Source: the human T2T-CHM13v2.0 reference genome, Homo sapiens. From it: DNA of 64,000 bases. The notes under the pieces are model-generated. The model saw nothing but the letters and a program-made list of their open reading frames with translations, was not told where the DNA came from and searched no databases. The translations under genes and the position numbers were made by a program. The first letter of the stretch is position 1; each line of letters opens with the position of its first letter. The stretch is taken from assembly GCF_009914755.1 (NCBI RefSeq), contig NC_060937.1; one strand, written 5' to 3'. Positions 1 through 16,417 of this stretch are shown in pieces.

Positions 1-746
1 CCGGTTGCGCTTCTGGGTCCAGTGAGGACTTGGAGAACTTTTCTGTCTAGCTAAAGGATTGTAAACGCACCAATCAGCACTCTGTCAAAACGGACCAATC
101 AGCTCTCTGTAAAATGGGCCAATCAGCTCTCTGTAAAATGGACCAATCAGCAGGATGTGGGTGGGGCCAGATAAGGGAATAAAAGCAGACCACGCAGACC
201 AACAGCGGCAACCTGCTTGGGTCACTTTCTTGGGGGGGGTGGGGGGGTGGAGAGGAGGAGGGGTTTTTTTTGGTTTTTTGAACTAAATGTTGTTATTCCT
301 AGCACTTTGGGTCTGCACTAGGATTGTGAGCTGTAATACTCACCAGGAAGGTTTGCAGTTTCACTGCTGAAGCCCTCAAGACCAGGAACCTAATGGGAGG
401 AACAGACAGCTCTGGACGTGCTACCTTCTAAGAGCTGTAACACTCACCACGAAGGTCTGCAGCTGCATTCCTGAAGCCGGGGAGACCAGGAAGCCACCAG
501 GAGGAACGAATAACTCCAGACATGCGGCGTTTAAGAGCTATAACACTCCTAGCGAAAGTCTGTAGCTTCGCTCGTGAGGTTAGTGTAGGCCACGAACCCA
601 CCAGAAGGAAGACACTTCGGAAACATCTGAACGTCTGAAGGAACGAACTCCGGACACGCCATTTTAAAAAACTAACACTCACTGCAAGGGTCCAGGGCTT
701 CCTTCTTGAAGTCAGCGAGACCAAGAACTGACCAAATCCTGACACA
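1..746 (+). mobile_element. LTR12-family (HERV9) LTR, 3' portion; the 5' part lies outside the window
   Basis: Tandem CCAATCAG-containing units at ~60-150. Repeated U5-type units 'tgtaacactcaccacgaaggtctgcag...gagaccaggaa' at ~330-700. The element ends '...ccaagaactgaccaaatcctgacaca' at 746, typical of the LTR12 3' terminus. Confidence 0.6.
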
Positions 747-1149
747 TAGGAATTGCAGAGGGGTGAGGCCCATGGCGGTGCTGAGGAGCGGTCCAGGAAG
801 TATTGGTGAGAGGGATGGGGAGACCCAAGAGTGTAAGGTAAGGAAAAGGCCAGGGAAGCCGCAGACTTCCTGGAAGGTCCCGGGGCGAAGGCAGTGGGAA
901 GGATGGGCCGGCGGCGCCATAAGAGGCTGGGGTGGCGTTGGGCAAGCGGCTCAGAGCTGCGGGGGAGCTCCAGCATCCCGGGAGCTGCTGAGGGAAGGGG
1001 AGGAGCAGGGCCTGGCTGGAAAGGGGGTGGGATGGGGAGAGCTGGGCTGTGCCGCTGCCCTGTCCCCGGAAAGAGGCGCCCCCCGGTAGCAGCGGGAGGA
1101 GCTGGGGGAGAAAAGGCTGTCACTCTCTAAGGAGTGGGGTGAGCGAGGC

Positions 1150-1760
1150 CGTGGTGGGGTGCTTAGTAGCCGAGGATGGGCCAAGTTGGAGGAGGAGAAG
1201 GTGCGGCGGTGCAGGAGCAGGCAGCGCCGTTCTCGCTGGGCCTGGGGTCCCGCAGCGCCTGGGACCGGAGCAGTGAGTGAGCGTGGGTGGGAGCTGCGGC
1301 CTGGGTCCCTGCGCCCGACTGCCCCGAAGGCAGGTGTGGTGGGGGGGTTGGGGGGGTGGGGGTGGGGTGTGAGGGGCGGGTGAGGCGCATTTCCAGGGGG
1401 AGTGAGTCCGGGGCCCTTGGCCTGTAGGCTAAGCAGCGAGGACAACAGCGAGGGGGCTCCGTGGCATTGCTTGGCGGGGTCACCGCGCATGCCTACTCGC
1501 TGTGGAGCCTGGGGACTCGCCAGCCACCGCGCGGGTTTACCACGGCCCACCAGGCTCCCGAGCCACCTACATAGAAGGGTGAGCTGTGGAGCGTGGTGAG
1601 CGGGCTGCCAGGCTCCTGCCGCTTAGGCCACCCTGAGCCAACGCTGCCCAGGTGGCATCCACAGCCGGTGGCCCGCGGGCCTGGGCATGAGACCCGCGCC
1701 TCAGCCCCGCCTGCCCCGCTGGGAGAGGTAAATGGACCGCACTTGGTTTACGCCGGTTAG
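1150..1760. promoter_or_regulatory. CpG-rich island-like segment immediately downstream of the LTR12; candidate promoter or first exon
   Basis: High local CpG density (for example 'gcggcggtgcaggagcaggcagcgccgttctcgc', 'caccgcgcgggtttaccacggcc'). A consensus splice donor CAG|GTGAGT sits at 1271-1279. Confidence 0.3.
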
Positions 1761-1903
1761 AGTCTCAGATGCTTTGTTACAGGGGCACAAACTACCCTAC
1801 CCCTACTGTGCGTGGGTGCGGGAGCCTTGGTCCATAAGGGAGCCATGTGGGCAATGGCTTAGGGTGGTTTAGGGTTCCTCAGAGACAGAGAACCAGCTGG
1901 AGA

Positions 1904-1944
1904 CACACACACACACACACACCACACACACACACACACACACA
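1904..1944. repeat. (AC)n microsatellite
   Basis: Uninterrupted acacac run with a single 'cc' interruption. Confidence 0.95.
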
Positions 1945-2589
1945 GAGTCCCGCCTGCATCTCAGTGATTCCAAGCACGGACCTCTCACATACGATCTATA
2001 GCCCGTAAGAAGAAAACGCAGCGGAAAGCCTCTATGGGTTAGTGACATCTCGATGGTCCTGATCTTGCGTGAGCCTAGGCTAATGTGTGTGTTCTTGCTT
2101 TACTTGTTAACAAAGTTTAAAAAGCAAAATACAAGCTTTTCTCAATTTTAGAATAAAGATCTTAAACATTTTTGTGCAGCTGTACTTTTTTATTACAGGA
2201 GTCAAAATGTTAAACTGTATAAAATACAGAAAAAAGTTTGAATACATTTAGTGTTTATAAAGGCTACAGTAGTGTACACTAATTCCTAGGCCTTCACAGT
2301 CACTCACGACTCACCCACAGCCACTTCCTGTCCTGCAAGCTCCATTCATGGTAAGAGCCCTGCACCAGTGTGCCACTTTTAATCTTGGCTATGCCATGTT
2401 TTTACTGTACCTTCTCTATATTGAGATATGGCATTACTTTCCATTGTGTCACAGCTGCCTGCCGTGTTTGTACAAGCCACCCTGTACAGGTTAGTAGCCT
2501 AGGAGACATAGGCTGCACCCTGTGGCCCAGGCATGTGGCAGGTGGTACTCTCCAGGTTTGTAAGTGACGTCTGAAGCAAGAGGACAAAA

Positions 2590-2639
2590 TCGCCTAACCA
2601 CACATTTCTCCAAACTCATCCCCATTAAGCAACAGGTGA

Positions 2640-2673
<34 letters not shown>

Positions 2674-3068
2674 GAAATTTATTACGGAAATTGACTCACA
2701 AGATTATAGAGGCCAAGAGGTCTGAAGACCCATAAGCTGGTGTCTGTGAGCTGGAAGGCCAGTGATGTGACTCCGTCTGAGTCTGAAGCCAGAGAAGGAG
2801 CAACACTGAGGTCCAGGGGCAGAAGTCAGCTGCTCCACCTCAAAAGGAGACAGAGAAGGTGTCCTGCCTCCGCCTTTCTCTTCTACCAGGGCCTTAGTTT
2901 AATTCAGTGATGGTGGATTAGATGATATTGGTGAGGGCAGATCTTCACCCAGCCTACCAGTTCAAATGCTAATCTCCTCTGGAGACGCCCTCACACCCAC
3001 AAAGAATGTTTACCAGCTACCTAGGCTTCCCCTTAGCCCCGTCAAGTTGATGCATGAAAACCCCACCA
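2590..3068 (-). mobile_element. MLT2-like (ERVL) LTR, antisense; putative 3' LTR of the HERV-L provirus; contains an internal (GT)n(AT)n microsatellite at 2641-2673
   Basis: Shares the family hallmarks with the copy at 13958-14542: an internal microsatellite followed by 'aattgactcac...tatggagg...', then 'ctttttgttctattcagggcc', 'ttcaaatgctaatctc' and 'gtcaagttga...'. My recollection of the consensus sense strand is 'TGTGATGGTTAATTTTATGTGTCAACTTGACTGGG', which makes this copy minus-strand. Confidence 0.45.
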
Positions 3069-3643
3069 GTCCACATTTTGTCAGCTTGGCATCCATACAC
3101 ATCTTCAACTATGTTTAATCTCCGAATAAAGACTGTAAGACCGGGGAGGAGCCAAGATGGCCGAATAGGAACAGCTCCAGTCTACAGCACCCAGTATGAG
3201 CCACACAGAGGACGGGTGATTTCTGCATTTCCAACTGAGCATTGAAGTGGGTAGTGGTTCTCCCAGCACGCAGCTTGAGATCTGAGAACGGGCAGACTAT
3301 CTCCTCAAGTGGGTCACTGACCCCTGAGTAGCCTAACTGGGAGGCACCCCCCAGTAGGGGAGGACTGACACCTCACATGGCCGGGTACTCCTCTGAGACA
3401 AAACTTCCAGAGGAACGATCAGGGAGCAGCAGCATTTGCGGTTCACCAAAATCCGCTGTTCTGCAGCCACCGCTGCTGACACCCAGGCAAACAGGGTCTG
3501 GAGTGGACCTCTAGCAAACTCCAACAGACCTGCAGCTGAGGGTCCTGTCTGTTAGAAGGAAAACTAACAGAAAGGACATCCACACCAAAACCCCATCTGT
3601 ACGTCACCATCATCAAAGACCAAAGGTAGATAAAACCACAAAG

Positions 3644-4642
3644 ATGGGGAAAAAGGAGCAGAAAAACTGGAAACTAAAAATCAGAGTGCCACTCCTCCTC
3701 CAAAGGAATGCAGCTCCTCACCAGCAATGGAACAAAGCTGGACAGAGAATGACTTTGACGAGTTGAGAGAAGAAGGCTTCAGACGATCAAATTACTCCAA
3801 GCTACAGGAGGAAATTTGAACCAATGGCAAAGAAGTTAAAAGCTTTGAAAAAAAATTAGATGAATGGCTAACTAGAATAACCAATGCAGAGAAGTTTTCA
3901 AAGGACCTGATGGAGCTGAAAACCAAGGCATGAGAGCTACGTGATGAATGCAGAAACCTCAGTAGCCGATGCGATCAACTGGAAGAAAGGGTATCAGCGA
4001 TGGAAGACGAAATGAATGAAATGAAGCGAGAAGAGAAGTTTAAAGAAAAAAAACGAACAAAGCCTTCAAGAAATATGGGACTATGTGAAAAGACCAAATC
4101 TATGTCTGATTGATGTACCTGAAAGTGATGGGGAGAATGGAACCAAGCTGGAAAACACTCTGCAGGATATTATCCAGGAGAACTTCCCCAGTCTAGCAAG
4201 GCAGGCCAACATTCAAATTCGGGAAATACAGAGAATGCCACAAAGATACTCCTCGAGAAGAGCAACTCCAGGACACATAATTGTCAGATTCACCGAAGTT
4301 GAAATGAAGGAAAAAATGTTAAGGGCAGCCAGAGAGAAAGGTTGGGTTACCCACAAATGGAAGCCCATCAGACTAACAGTGGACCTCTCAGCAGAAACTC
4401 TACAAGCCAGAAGAGAGTGAGGACTAATATTCAACATTCTTAAAGAAAAGAATTTTCAACCCAGAATTTCATATCCAGCCAAAATAAGCTTCAGAAGTGG
4501 AGAAATAAAATAATTTACAGACAAGCAAATGCTGAGAGATTTTGTCACCACCAGCCCTGCCCTAAAAGAGCTCCAGAAGGAAGCACTAAACATGGAAAGG
4601 AATAACCAGTACCAGGCACGGCAAAAACATGCCAAATTGTAA
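3644..4642 (+). pseudogene. L1 ORF1 remnant (frameshifts and stops)
   Basis: 'atggggaaaaaggagcagaaaaactgg...' through 'ccaaattgtaa'. The ORF track shows only a 111-aa fragment (4085-4420, MKRPNLCLIDVPESDGENGTKLENTLQDIIQENFP...). Confidence 0.8.
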
Positions 4643-4705
4643 AGGCCATCAAGGCTAGAAAGAAACTGCATTAACTAATGAGCAAAATAACCAGCTAACA
4701 TCATA

Positions 4706-8513
<3,808 letters not shown>

Positions 8514-10534
8514 ACAATGAGAACACATGGACACAGGAAGGGGAACATCACACACCAGGGACTGTTGTTGGGGGGGTGGAGGGGGGAGGGATAGCATTAG
8601 GAGATATACCTAATGCTAAATGACGAGTTAATGGGTGCAGCACACCAACATGGCAAATGTATACGTATGTGACGAACCTGCACGTTGTGCACATGTACCC
8701 TAAAACTTAAAGTATAATAATAGTAAAATTTAAAAAAAATAGAATATTTAAAGGATTGTGTAGAAAAAGTTTTTAAAGAAATCGTTAAATAAAAAGGAAG
8801 CTGGGTTACAACTTAAAAAAAAAAAGATGATAAGACCACAGTTCTGCCTAATATGATACAACTATCCTACATACAACCAAAAGCACACCAATTTCTTCCC
8901 CAAAAGAGCTGGAAAAGTCCTTGAGTGATAGTCACTTTTCTCCTGATGTCCCATAACATGAATACCAAGATGTAAAAGTAACAGTGCTTAAATACTGATG
9001 TGAAGTTGTTACATGTTATGCTACATGATAAGGAGATAAGAGAAAAGAAAAATATACTTGGTTAATATATGTATATATTCACACAAAAAGTCACTAAACA
9101 GGAAATTCTGACAATGACAGTTCTTATTTCTGCCGCCGGCCATGTAGTTGTCGCTGGCATTAATAACCACCTTCTTGCACCACCCAGTCCACATCCCTTT
9201 GCCCTTAGCAAGTGCTGCAGCTGACTATTGTTCTTTACTGGTGGAGTGACCCCAAACCTTCATTCTTGAAGGGTCTGGGCCATTAGAGGTCCTGCCTGAA
9301 TTGTATTATTGTGGTTTCCAGTGACTAATCACAGAGCATGGCAGGGCCAAGAGATGCCTGAGGATCTCCTGTCTCCCAGACACGCTCTTCCTTCCCTCCA
9401 TGGTGGAGCACAATCCAGTCTCCCCTCAGTCTGATCAATCACCCCGGCCAGTGCTGTTATTCCCCTCTCAGCCTGCTGATTCTGAGGCTTGAGGACCCCA
9501 AAATGGCATATTAACTTACAATTCAATGGAAACACTGTTGTGTCTCCTGGTTGAAGCATTTCTGCCTCTGGAACTAAGACCCCTAGGCCAGCAGAATACA
9601 AAATTGCAGGAAGAGGAAATAAAAATGTTGCCAGTGAGTCACTAGGGGTAATAGTGGTGACACTCCCGTATCCACCCCTTGATTCCTGAACCCGTGAGTC
9701 CTGGCCATGGGAGAACAAGCAGCATGTATTAGTCACTGATTCAGGGCATCTGTGGCCTTCTGGAGCACCTGGTCCCAGCCCTGCAAGGTATTGCCATCGA
9801 GTTGGTGCTGTAATTGAGCCTCAAAAGGCCAATCCACCATTCTATCACACCAGCTGCAAGGATGGTGAGCACATATCAGGACCAGTGAGTCCCAGGGGCA
9901 TTGTTGCACTTCTTTGGCTGTGAAGTGAGCTCCTCGATCAGAAGCAGTGCAGTGTGGAACACTGTAACAGTGGATGAGGCATTCTGTAAGTCCATGGGTG
10001 GTGGTTTTTCCAGTAAGGACAAACCTCTGCCCCTTCCATGCTGGAAGCCATCCAATGTAATCAACCTGCCCCAGGTAGCTTCCTGATAGCCTGGGAATGG
10101 TGCCATATCAAGGGCTGTGTGTTGGTCTCTGCTGCTGGCAGATTAGGCAGTCAGCAGTGGCCGAGCCAGGTAGGCCTTCGTGAGTGGGAGTCCATGTTTC
10201 TGAGCCCATATACTACCTCCATCCCTGCCACCATGGCCACTTTGTTTATGAGCTCATCATTGCGTGATGACAGGGGTGGCTTGGGCAAGAGGCTAACCAG
10301 TGTCCACAGAATGGGTCATCCTATCCACTTGATTACTAAAACCCTTCTCTGCTGTGTTCATTCATTGCTGACCATTCACATAGGATAGACATATCTTCAT
10401 GATTTTTGCCCATTCTGAGAGGCCTATCCACATATCTTTTCCCCAAATATCTTCGCCACCAATTTTTCCAATTGTTCTTTCCATGTCCCTGACCACCCAG
10501 CATAAGCATTGAGCACAGCTGGTGAAATAGTCCA

Positions 10535-10753
10535 TCACTGCACAAATGGCCACTGCTCCTTCCAAGCAAAGCACACAGCCAGGTACACTGCCCGCAGCTC
10601 TGCCCAGGAGGACTTCCCTTCCCCACTATCCTTCAGAGATGTCCCAGGGAGGGGCTGTAGTTCTGCAGCATCCACTTTCAGGTGGTGTCTGCATATGGGG
10701 CAGAGCCGTCTGTAAACCAGGCCTGAGTCATCTCTTCCTCTGTCAGATATCAT
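10535..10753 (-). pseudogene. ERVL pol RNase H fragment
   Basis: ORF 10535-10753 (-) contains 'GKSSWAELRAVYLAV', which fits the retroviral RNase H motif (S/T-x-Q-x-AEL-x-A). Confidence 0.45.
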
Positions 10754-10894
10754 AGGGACCTCCCCAGGAGGTTACAGGCTCAGGCTAGGAGAGAGGGTCT
10801 CAGCTGAGAAAGGCGGTGGGGCAGGAGTGGGGACCATAGGCACTTGGACCACTTCTTCATGTAAACTACTTGAGCATTCAGGGGCTGGTTGGGC

Positions 10895-11086
10895 CTAATC
10901 ACATACATACCACTTCCATTTGATGACAGAGTGTTGCTGTGCACACCTAACTGTATGGCTTGTTGGGTCAGATAACACCCTCTGACACCACCCTCTGACA
11001 CATAGACATCTCACCAATAAATGTAGAATAGTTGTTACTTCTTGCTCACTAAGTCCAATCAGCATAATGTCATCAATGTAATGCAT
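10895..11086 (-). pseudogene. ERVL pol reverse-transcriptase fragment (YXDD box: MHYIDDIMLIG)
   Basis: ORF 10895-11086 (-) translates to 'MHYIDDIMLIGLSEQEV...'. The ORF just upstream, 11099-11281 (-), contains 'PINSPALHYNLV', which matches the LPQG-INSPAL region of ERVL RT. Confidence 0.6.
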
Positions 11087-11877
11087 CAGTGTGACATCTC
11101 ATGGAAGGGAAAAGCAACCAAGATTCCTGCAGACTAAATTATAATGTAGGGCTGGAGAGTTGATGGGACACTCCCTGAGGTGGGACAGTGAATGTGTATT
11201 GCTGGCCTTGCCAGCTGAAAGAAAATTGCTTCTGGTCATCCTTCCAGGAATGTGGGATTGTTTTTGACTTACAGTAGTCACCCCTTATCCCTGGTTTCAC
11301 TTTCCACATTTTAAGTTACCTGTTGCACAGTACAAGATATTTTGAGAGAGAGAAATCACATTTGCATAGCTTTTATTGCAGTATATTCTTCTAGTTGTTT
11401 GATTTTATTATTGTTGATAGTCTCCTACTGTGCCAAATTTATGAATTTAACTTTATCATCGGTATGTATGTATCAAAAAAAACATAGTATAGCTAGGCTT
11501 TGGTGGTTTATATATCCATAGTTTCAGGCATCCACTGGGGTCTCAGAACATATATCCTGCAGACAACGGGGGGCTACTGCATTATTTTCCCAGGTTAAAG
11601 CAGTTCTAGTGGCTTCTGCTTGGTCTTCTTCACTGTAATAGTCCTTACTCCACAGGTCAGGGACCCAGTGTGTAGATGCTACCAGCTCCTCAGTATGCCT
11701 CTTCCAATTATGCATTCTGGAATGGGAAAATAACTACAGGATGGGTTTGGGGACCCACTTGACCCACTGTAAAATGAACCTGAGCTAAAACTCCATTGAT
11801 CATTGAGCTCCATAAGCCCCTACTCTGCCTGGATGGCCACAGTGTCCTTTTCAATCTTCTGGAGTCAATGTCAGTGC

Positions 11878-11889
11878 AGATCCAGTGTC
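11878..11889 (-). other. Retroviral aspartic-protease active-site codons (L-DTGS-ALT) on the minus strand
   Basis: The reverse complement of 'gtcagtgcagatccagtgtccag' reads 'ctggacactggatctgcactgac', i.e. LDTGSALT. Confidence 0.4.
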
Positions 11890-12149
11890 CAGTAGTCTCT
11901 GAAAGGTCTGAATATTCCCTTTTCCCCAGTGCACAGTTACCCTAGTAAAAGGTAAGGTAGGTCCCTTTGGAGGAGGCTGGGGAAAAGATTAAGAGTGTAC
12001 ATTTTGGGTAGTGTACCAGGGTTGTTTTCCAAGGGGACATTGTTTTCCCTTCATTCACGAGTTCTGAGTCTGTAAATCGGCTCAGGTCTGAGAATTGATT
12101 GAGGGGCCATAACTCTCTGCTTTGAGAGTAATGATTTTATTATTTGAAT

Positions 12150-12310
12150 TTGACTTGTTTTTAGAGACTGGGTCTCATTATGTCACCTAGGCTAGAGTGC
12201 AGTAATGTGATCATAGCTCACTGCAGCCTCAAATTCCCAGGCTCAACAGATCCCCCTGCCTCGACCTCCTGAGTTGCTGGGACCACAGGCATGTGCTGCT
12301 ATGCCCAGAT
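12150..12310 (-). mobile_element. Partial Alu (antisense) nested in the HERV-L gag/pro region
   Basis: 'gagactgggtctcattatgtcacctaggctagagtgcagtaatgtgatcatagctcactgcagcctcaaattcccaggctcaacagatccccctgcctcgacctcctgagttgctgggaccacaggcatgtgc'. Confidence 0.6.
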
Positions 12311-13935
12311 TTGACTTAGACTTTTATTCACTTGACCTAAAACTTTCCTGCTTATACAGATCACGGCTTCTGATCAAATCCCCTTCCAGGAGCCCCATAA
12401 TAATGGGCCAGAGCCATGAGTCTCATGAGCCAGGCTATTCTGATTGCTGCTGTGCCAATCCTGCCTATTGCTATACTTGCACCCGACTCACTGTGGCCTC
12501 CCCAATGGCTGGATCCAGTTGCTTCCCTTGCACTTAGGTTTCCAGCTGAGTGGCTGTGGTTCCCACCATAAGGTCTGACCTACAGAGAAGAGTTATGGCA
12601 GAGCTCTTCAAGGAAGCTGGGGCTCCCTCACACAGTTCTTTCTCAAGGTATTGGTGAAAGGCTGTCTTCCAGACCCCCCAGTGTGGGTGAGTAGGTCTGA
12701 AATGACAAACCCACTCTAACACATCAGCTTCCCTAGCCCTTTAAGCTTCCTGTATATTAAACCAGGGGAGATTGGATCTTTCCAGTTTGCTCATGGCAGG
12801 GCAGACTATCTTTTGACCCCTGTTCAGCCATCCAACCAAACTTCGCCCTTTCTAACTCACTGAGCTGCAACTTTAAATCCACAATCTCTGCTTAGTGAGC
12901 CCATATCAATAAATTTGACCTGATCCAACTTTATGTTCCTTCCACTACCATCTCACATCCTTAATATTCATTCTCACCCATGTCCCCTGGATTTCTGCTT
13001 GTATAAATCAGAAAACCCATGTTGTTCTTTTGGAGTGCAGCATAACTGCTTGTGACTCACAGTTTGTCCCTCACCTTTGGGGGTCTGCTGGGCTTGGGTC
13101 TAGTTATAGGTCTAGAGGCAAAGAAGGGTGGTGATCTGGGTCCTGAAAAGAATCAGCATTATCCCACTTTGCCACCACCTCGAGGAAGATATGACTCAGG
13201 ATGCAGGGAACTCCCTCAAATCAGGTGGAAAGGCTATACCAGTGTTGGCAGGGATGCTGCCGCCACTGGGGATGTGAAGGCCCCTTTGGTTGAGTGTGGT
13301 GGGACCTCTTCCACTGGCAAAGAATACATCAGAATTTAAGGCCTTGATACCCCCGGCTTCATCAGGTCTTCCCACATGTCCCCATTCCATCTTACAGTTT
13401 CTCATTCTTTCCCAATTTCACCACTTAAGAGTAGACACCCTAGGAGACCGGGAGCTCAACTTGCATTGTATTAATAATTTGGCCAATTGCAGGATGAGGT
13501 CCTGAGTTTGATTTTCAGATACTTCAGCCCTGTGGTTGTATGAAATAAGGCTCTCTGGGAACACATAGAAGCTCTTAGGTCACTTTTGTGGCTCTTGAGC
13601 TGGGAATTTCAATCCCTGAGCTCATCTTTTTCTTTTACCACTTTGTGCAATGATATTAAAAGCAACCAATGTCATTATATTCCTCAGTTTTCCTAAAATG
13701 TTCAAAAGTATGATATACAGAGTCATGTAGCTTCTTGCTTCTTATAAGTGGTTTATTAGGAGGATCCAATGCAGATATTTTGCATATCTGTATAGTTTAT
13801 GCCATGGATGATCAGTGCTCTCTTTACTACTGGAAATAGAATCGTTAGTGTCTTCACATATAGTCAGATTAAAGATCCAATTCCAGAAACTCCAGAAAGA
13901 ATTCAGAAAACTCATCCTCAAAATTCTGGTCCTCT

Positions 13936-13953
13936 AGATCCACTCTTGGTACC
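13936..13953 (-). other. Primer-binding site complementary to the 3' end of tRNA-Leu(UAA), on the minus strand
   Basis: The plus strand reads 'gatccactcttggtacca'. The tRNA-Leu(UAA) 3' end is ...CCCCACTCCTGGTACCA, so the minus strand carries TGGTACCAAGAGTGGATC, matching the HERV-L PBS-Leu with one mismatch. Confidence 0.55.
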
Positions 13954-13957
13954 AAAA

Positions 13958-14003
13958 TCTATATTAGTCAGAGTTCTACAAAGAAACAGACTCAATAGAA
14001 TAG

Positions 14004-14035
<32 letters not shown>

Positions 14036-14102
14036 AGATATATATCAATAGATATATATGTCTATAGAATATATGTATCAATAGTATATATATATCAATA
14101 GA

Positions 14103-14144
<42 letters not shown>

Positions 14145-14542
14145 TTATTATAGGAACTATGTAGTTATGGAGGACAAGAAGTCCCACAGTCTGCCATCTG
14201 CCAGCTGGAGACCCAGGAAAGTCAATGGTGTTCTTCGATCTGAGTCCAAAGACTGGAGAACCAGAAGCACCAATGTTCGATGGCAGAAGAGGATGGATGT
14301 CCCAGCTAAAAAAGAAAGTGAATTCACCCTTCCTCAGCCTTTTTGTTCTATTCAGGCCCTCCATGGATTAAGTGATGCTTGCTCACTTTGAGGAGGGCAG
14401 GTCTGTACGCAGTCCACTGACTCAAATGTTAATCTCTTCCAGAGACCCCCTCACAGACACATCCAGAAATGACATTTTATCAGCTATCTAGGCAACCCTT
14501 CCTTAGTGCAGTCAAGTTGACACCTAAAATTAAACATCATAA
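13958..14542 (-). mobile_element. MLT2-like (ERVL) LTR, antisense; putative 5' LTR of the HERV-L provirus; contains a (GATA)n array
   Basis: Directly abuts the PBS. Structure is 'tattagtcagagttctacaaagaaacaga...', then (GATA)n, then '...ttatggaggacaagaagtcccacagtctgccatctgccagctggagacccaggaaag...ctttttgttctattcaggccctccatggattaagtgatg...ctcaaatgttaatctc...gtcaagttgacacctaaaattaaacatcataag'. Confidence 0.55.
13998..14144. repeat. (GATA)n/(TAGA)n tetranucleotide microsatellite, with an imperfect TA-rich middle
   Basis: Runs of gatagatagata on both flanks of a degenerate TATA stretch. Confidence 0.95.
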
Positions 14543-16417
14543 GCAGGGAAGATGGTGTGGGAGGTGAGATGTATGTCTGTGAGCAGAAGCTGGGTGGGTC
14601 TCTGCATGAACATGTAGGTACGGGTGCAAGCATGTGGGAGCTGCTGGTGGCAAAACTCAACAGAAGCAACTCATATTTAGGAAGTGAATCAGATGTCACA
14701 TCCTCTGAGCCTGTGATATTTCATGATCTGGCACAATAAAAGGCTCTCAGAGCAGGTTGTATAATAAAAAGCTAAATTTTCCAATGGTTTTTGGAAGAAT
14801 GTAACTTCTGACTTTTAACAAAAAACAGAAACAAACACTTTCTTTCACAGTTAGAAATTGTCTGCCAGGCTTCTGGAGGCACCTGGGCCGTGTGGGTTCA
14901 CAGTGGTCATTCAGGGAATGGATGGACATGGTGAGTTTCTGAAGCACGGGCACCACCCTTACGGTAGGGGGAGGGCTCCAACACCAAGGCCCCCAGCACA
15001 CATTTCACAAGGAAAAATGACCGTGTAGTGCCTGTGTTGGTAGGTGATCAACTCTGCTGAAACTGAGAAGGGAATTTTTTTCTAGTTAGAGGCCTCACAT
15101 TAAGCATGCATTGGCTTCATCTGGAGTGTGCAGAACAGAATCATTCTCTTCCCCATTGCTCCCCAAGAACAGCAATTAGAATGCAAGTTCATCTCCATAT
15201 AATGCATTAAGACTTTAATGTCAGTAAACGCTTCTTACATATTAGATGCAGTGAGGAAATGTTAGTTGAAAATTCACAGACTGGTATGATCAGTTTCCTC
15301 TAGGATAAAATGTGATAAATGGGTTTTAATAAACTGAGGAGAATTATAGGCACCATCTTCTTGGTTCCTGTCAATTTTACTTAGAGTAAAATGCCATCGC
15401 AATAATTAGCTGGTTTTTACTGTATTCATTAAAAGTTTTTCTAATGACCACTTGAGGAATAAGAAAAATTAATTTCTTTCTTGAACATCAAAGGAATTCA
15501 TCAATCAAACAAAAAGCAAACTTCAGGGATTATGAAAGACAGGGTGAGGGTCGGTGGTTTTCCGTGCCCACTGTGGGGACAGCGCTTTCGCGCCGTCTGT
15601 CATTGGCATGGAAGCTCGAGGCCATTCCCCCGAGCTGTGCTGATGGAGAGGGATGCAGGCCCCGGGTGGGGACCCTGGCCGTCCTTCTCAGGTGCCATTG
15701 AGCTGTGACTCCAAGGCCTCCTCCTCCAGGCAGCTTTCCTTGACTGCTCCAACTTCAGGGCTCTCTCCTGCCTGGCCCACACACTTGAACTAGGGCTCCT
15801 CAGTCTCAGAGGCTGAGGCCAGGTTCTCTCTCTGCCTGTGGCCCCTCAGAGTCCAGCATAGGGCCAGGCACTCTAGAGGGCTCAAGGGCCACTACCCCCG
15901 TCCTAGCTCCTGCAGTGCTCGGCCAAGCTCAGCCCTTGTTCAGCACACCAGCCCTGTGAGTCACACTGTCCCTGGAGGGACTGAGGAATGTCCAGGGGTT
16001 GGTAGTGGCACAAAGGATGGAGCCACTGAAACGCGGTGGGTGGACACAGGAAGAGGACGGCCGCACAGCGAGGCCACGCCTGGCCTGGCTCGGAGGATGC
16101 GAGGAGGATTCTCCAGCAGGCAGGCATGGTCAGAGGGGCCACTGGGTAGCCAGATAGAGTCCCTGTGCCGACCCCATAGTCCACGGGGAGGAGCAGAGAG
16201 GCGGGTGAGGCCTGGGGAGATGACATCACATGGCTGGGGCTACTCAGTGGTGAAGGAAGAGACAAAGCGGGACACTGCTCTGGCTATTGGGGGGAGCAAT
16301 GGTCCTTCTCACCTCTTGTGCCAGGTACAGCACTGGGGCCTGGGACCAGGACGAGCCTCAGAACACGGCTGGTGAGCACACCCACCTCCACCTGCACCCA
16401 TCCCCGCTCCCCACACA

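Larger units (their letters stand above)
8741..13957 (-). mobile_element. HERV-L (ERVL, class III) internal region: gag-pro-pol on the minus strand, degenerate
   Basis: Minus-strand ORF fragments carry protease DTGS, RT 'PINSPALHYNLV' and 'HYIDDIMLIG', and RNase H 'SWAELRAVYLAV'. A tRNA-Leu(UAA) primer-binding site lies at the high-coordinate end, next to an MLT2-like LTR. Confidence 0.6.

Noticed and set aside
706-1550. Overlapping ORFs of 127-231 aa across the LTR12/CpG-rich region
   Set aside because: They overlap on both strands in GC-rich sequence and have glycine/proline/arginine-rich low-complexity translations. There is no evidence of coding.
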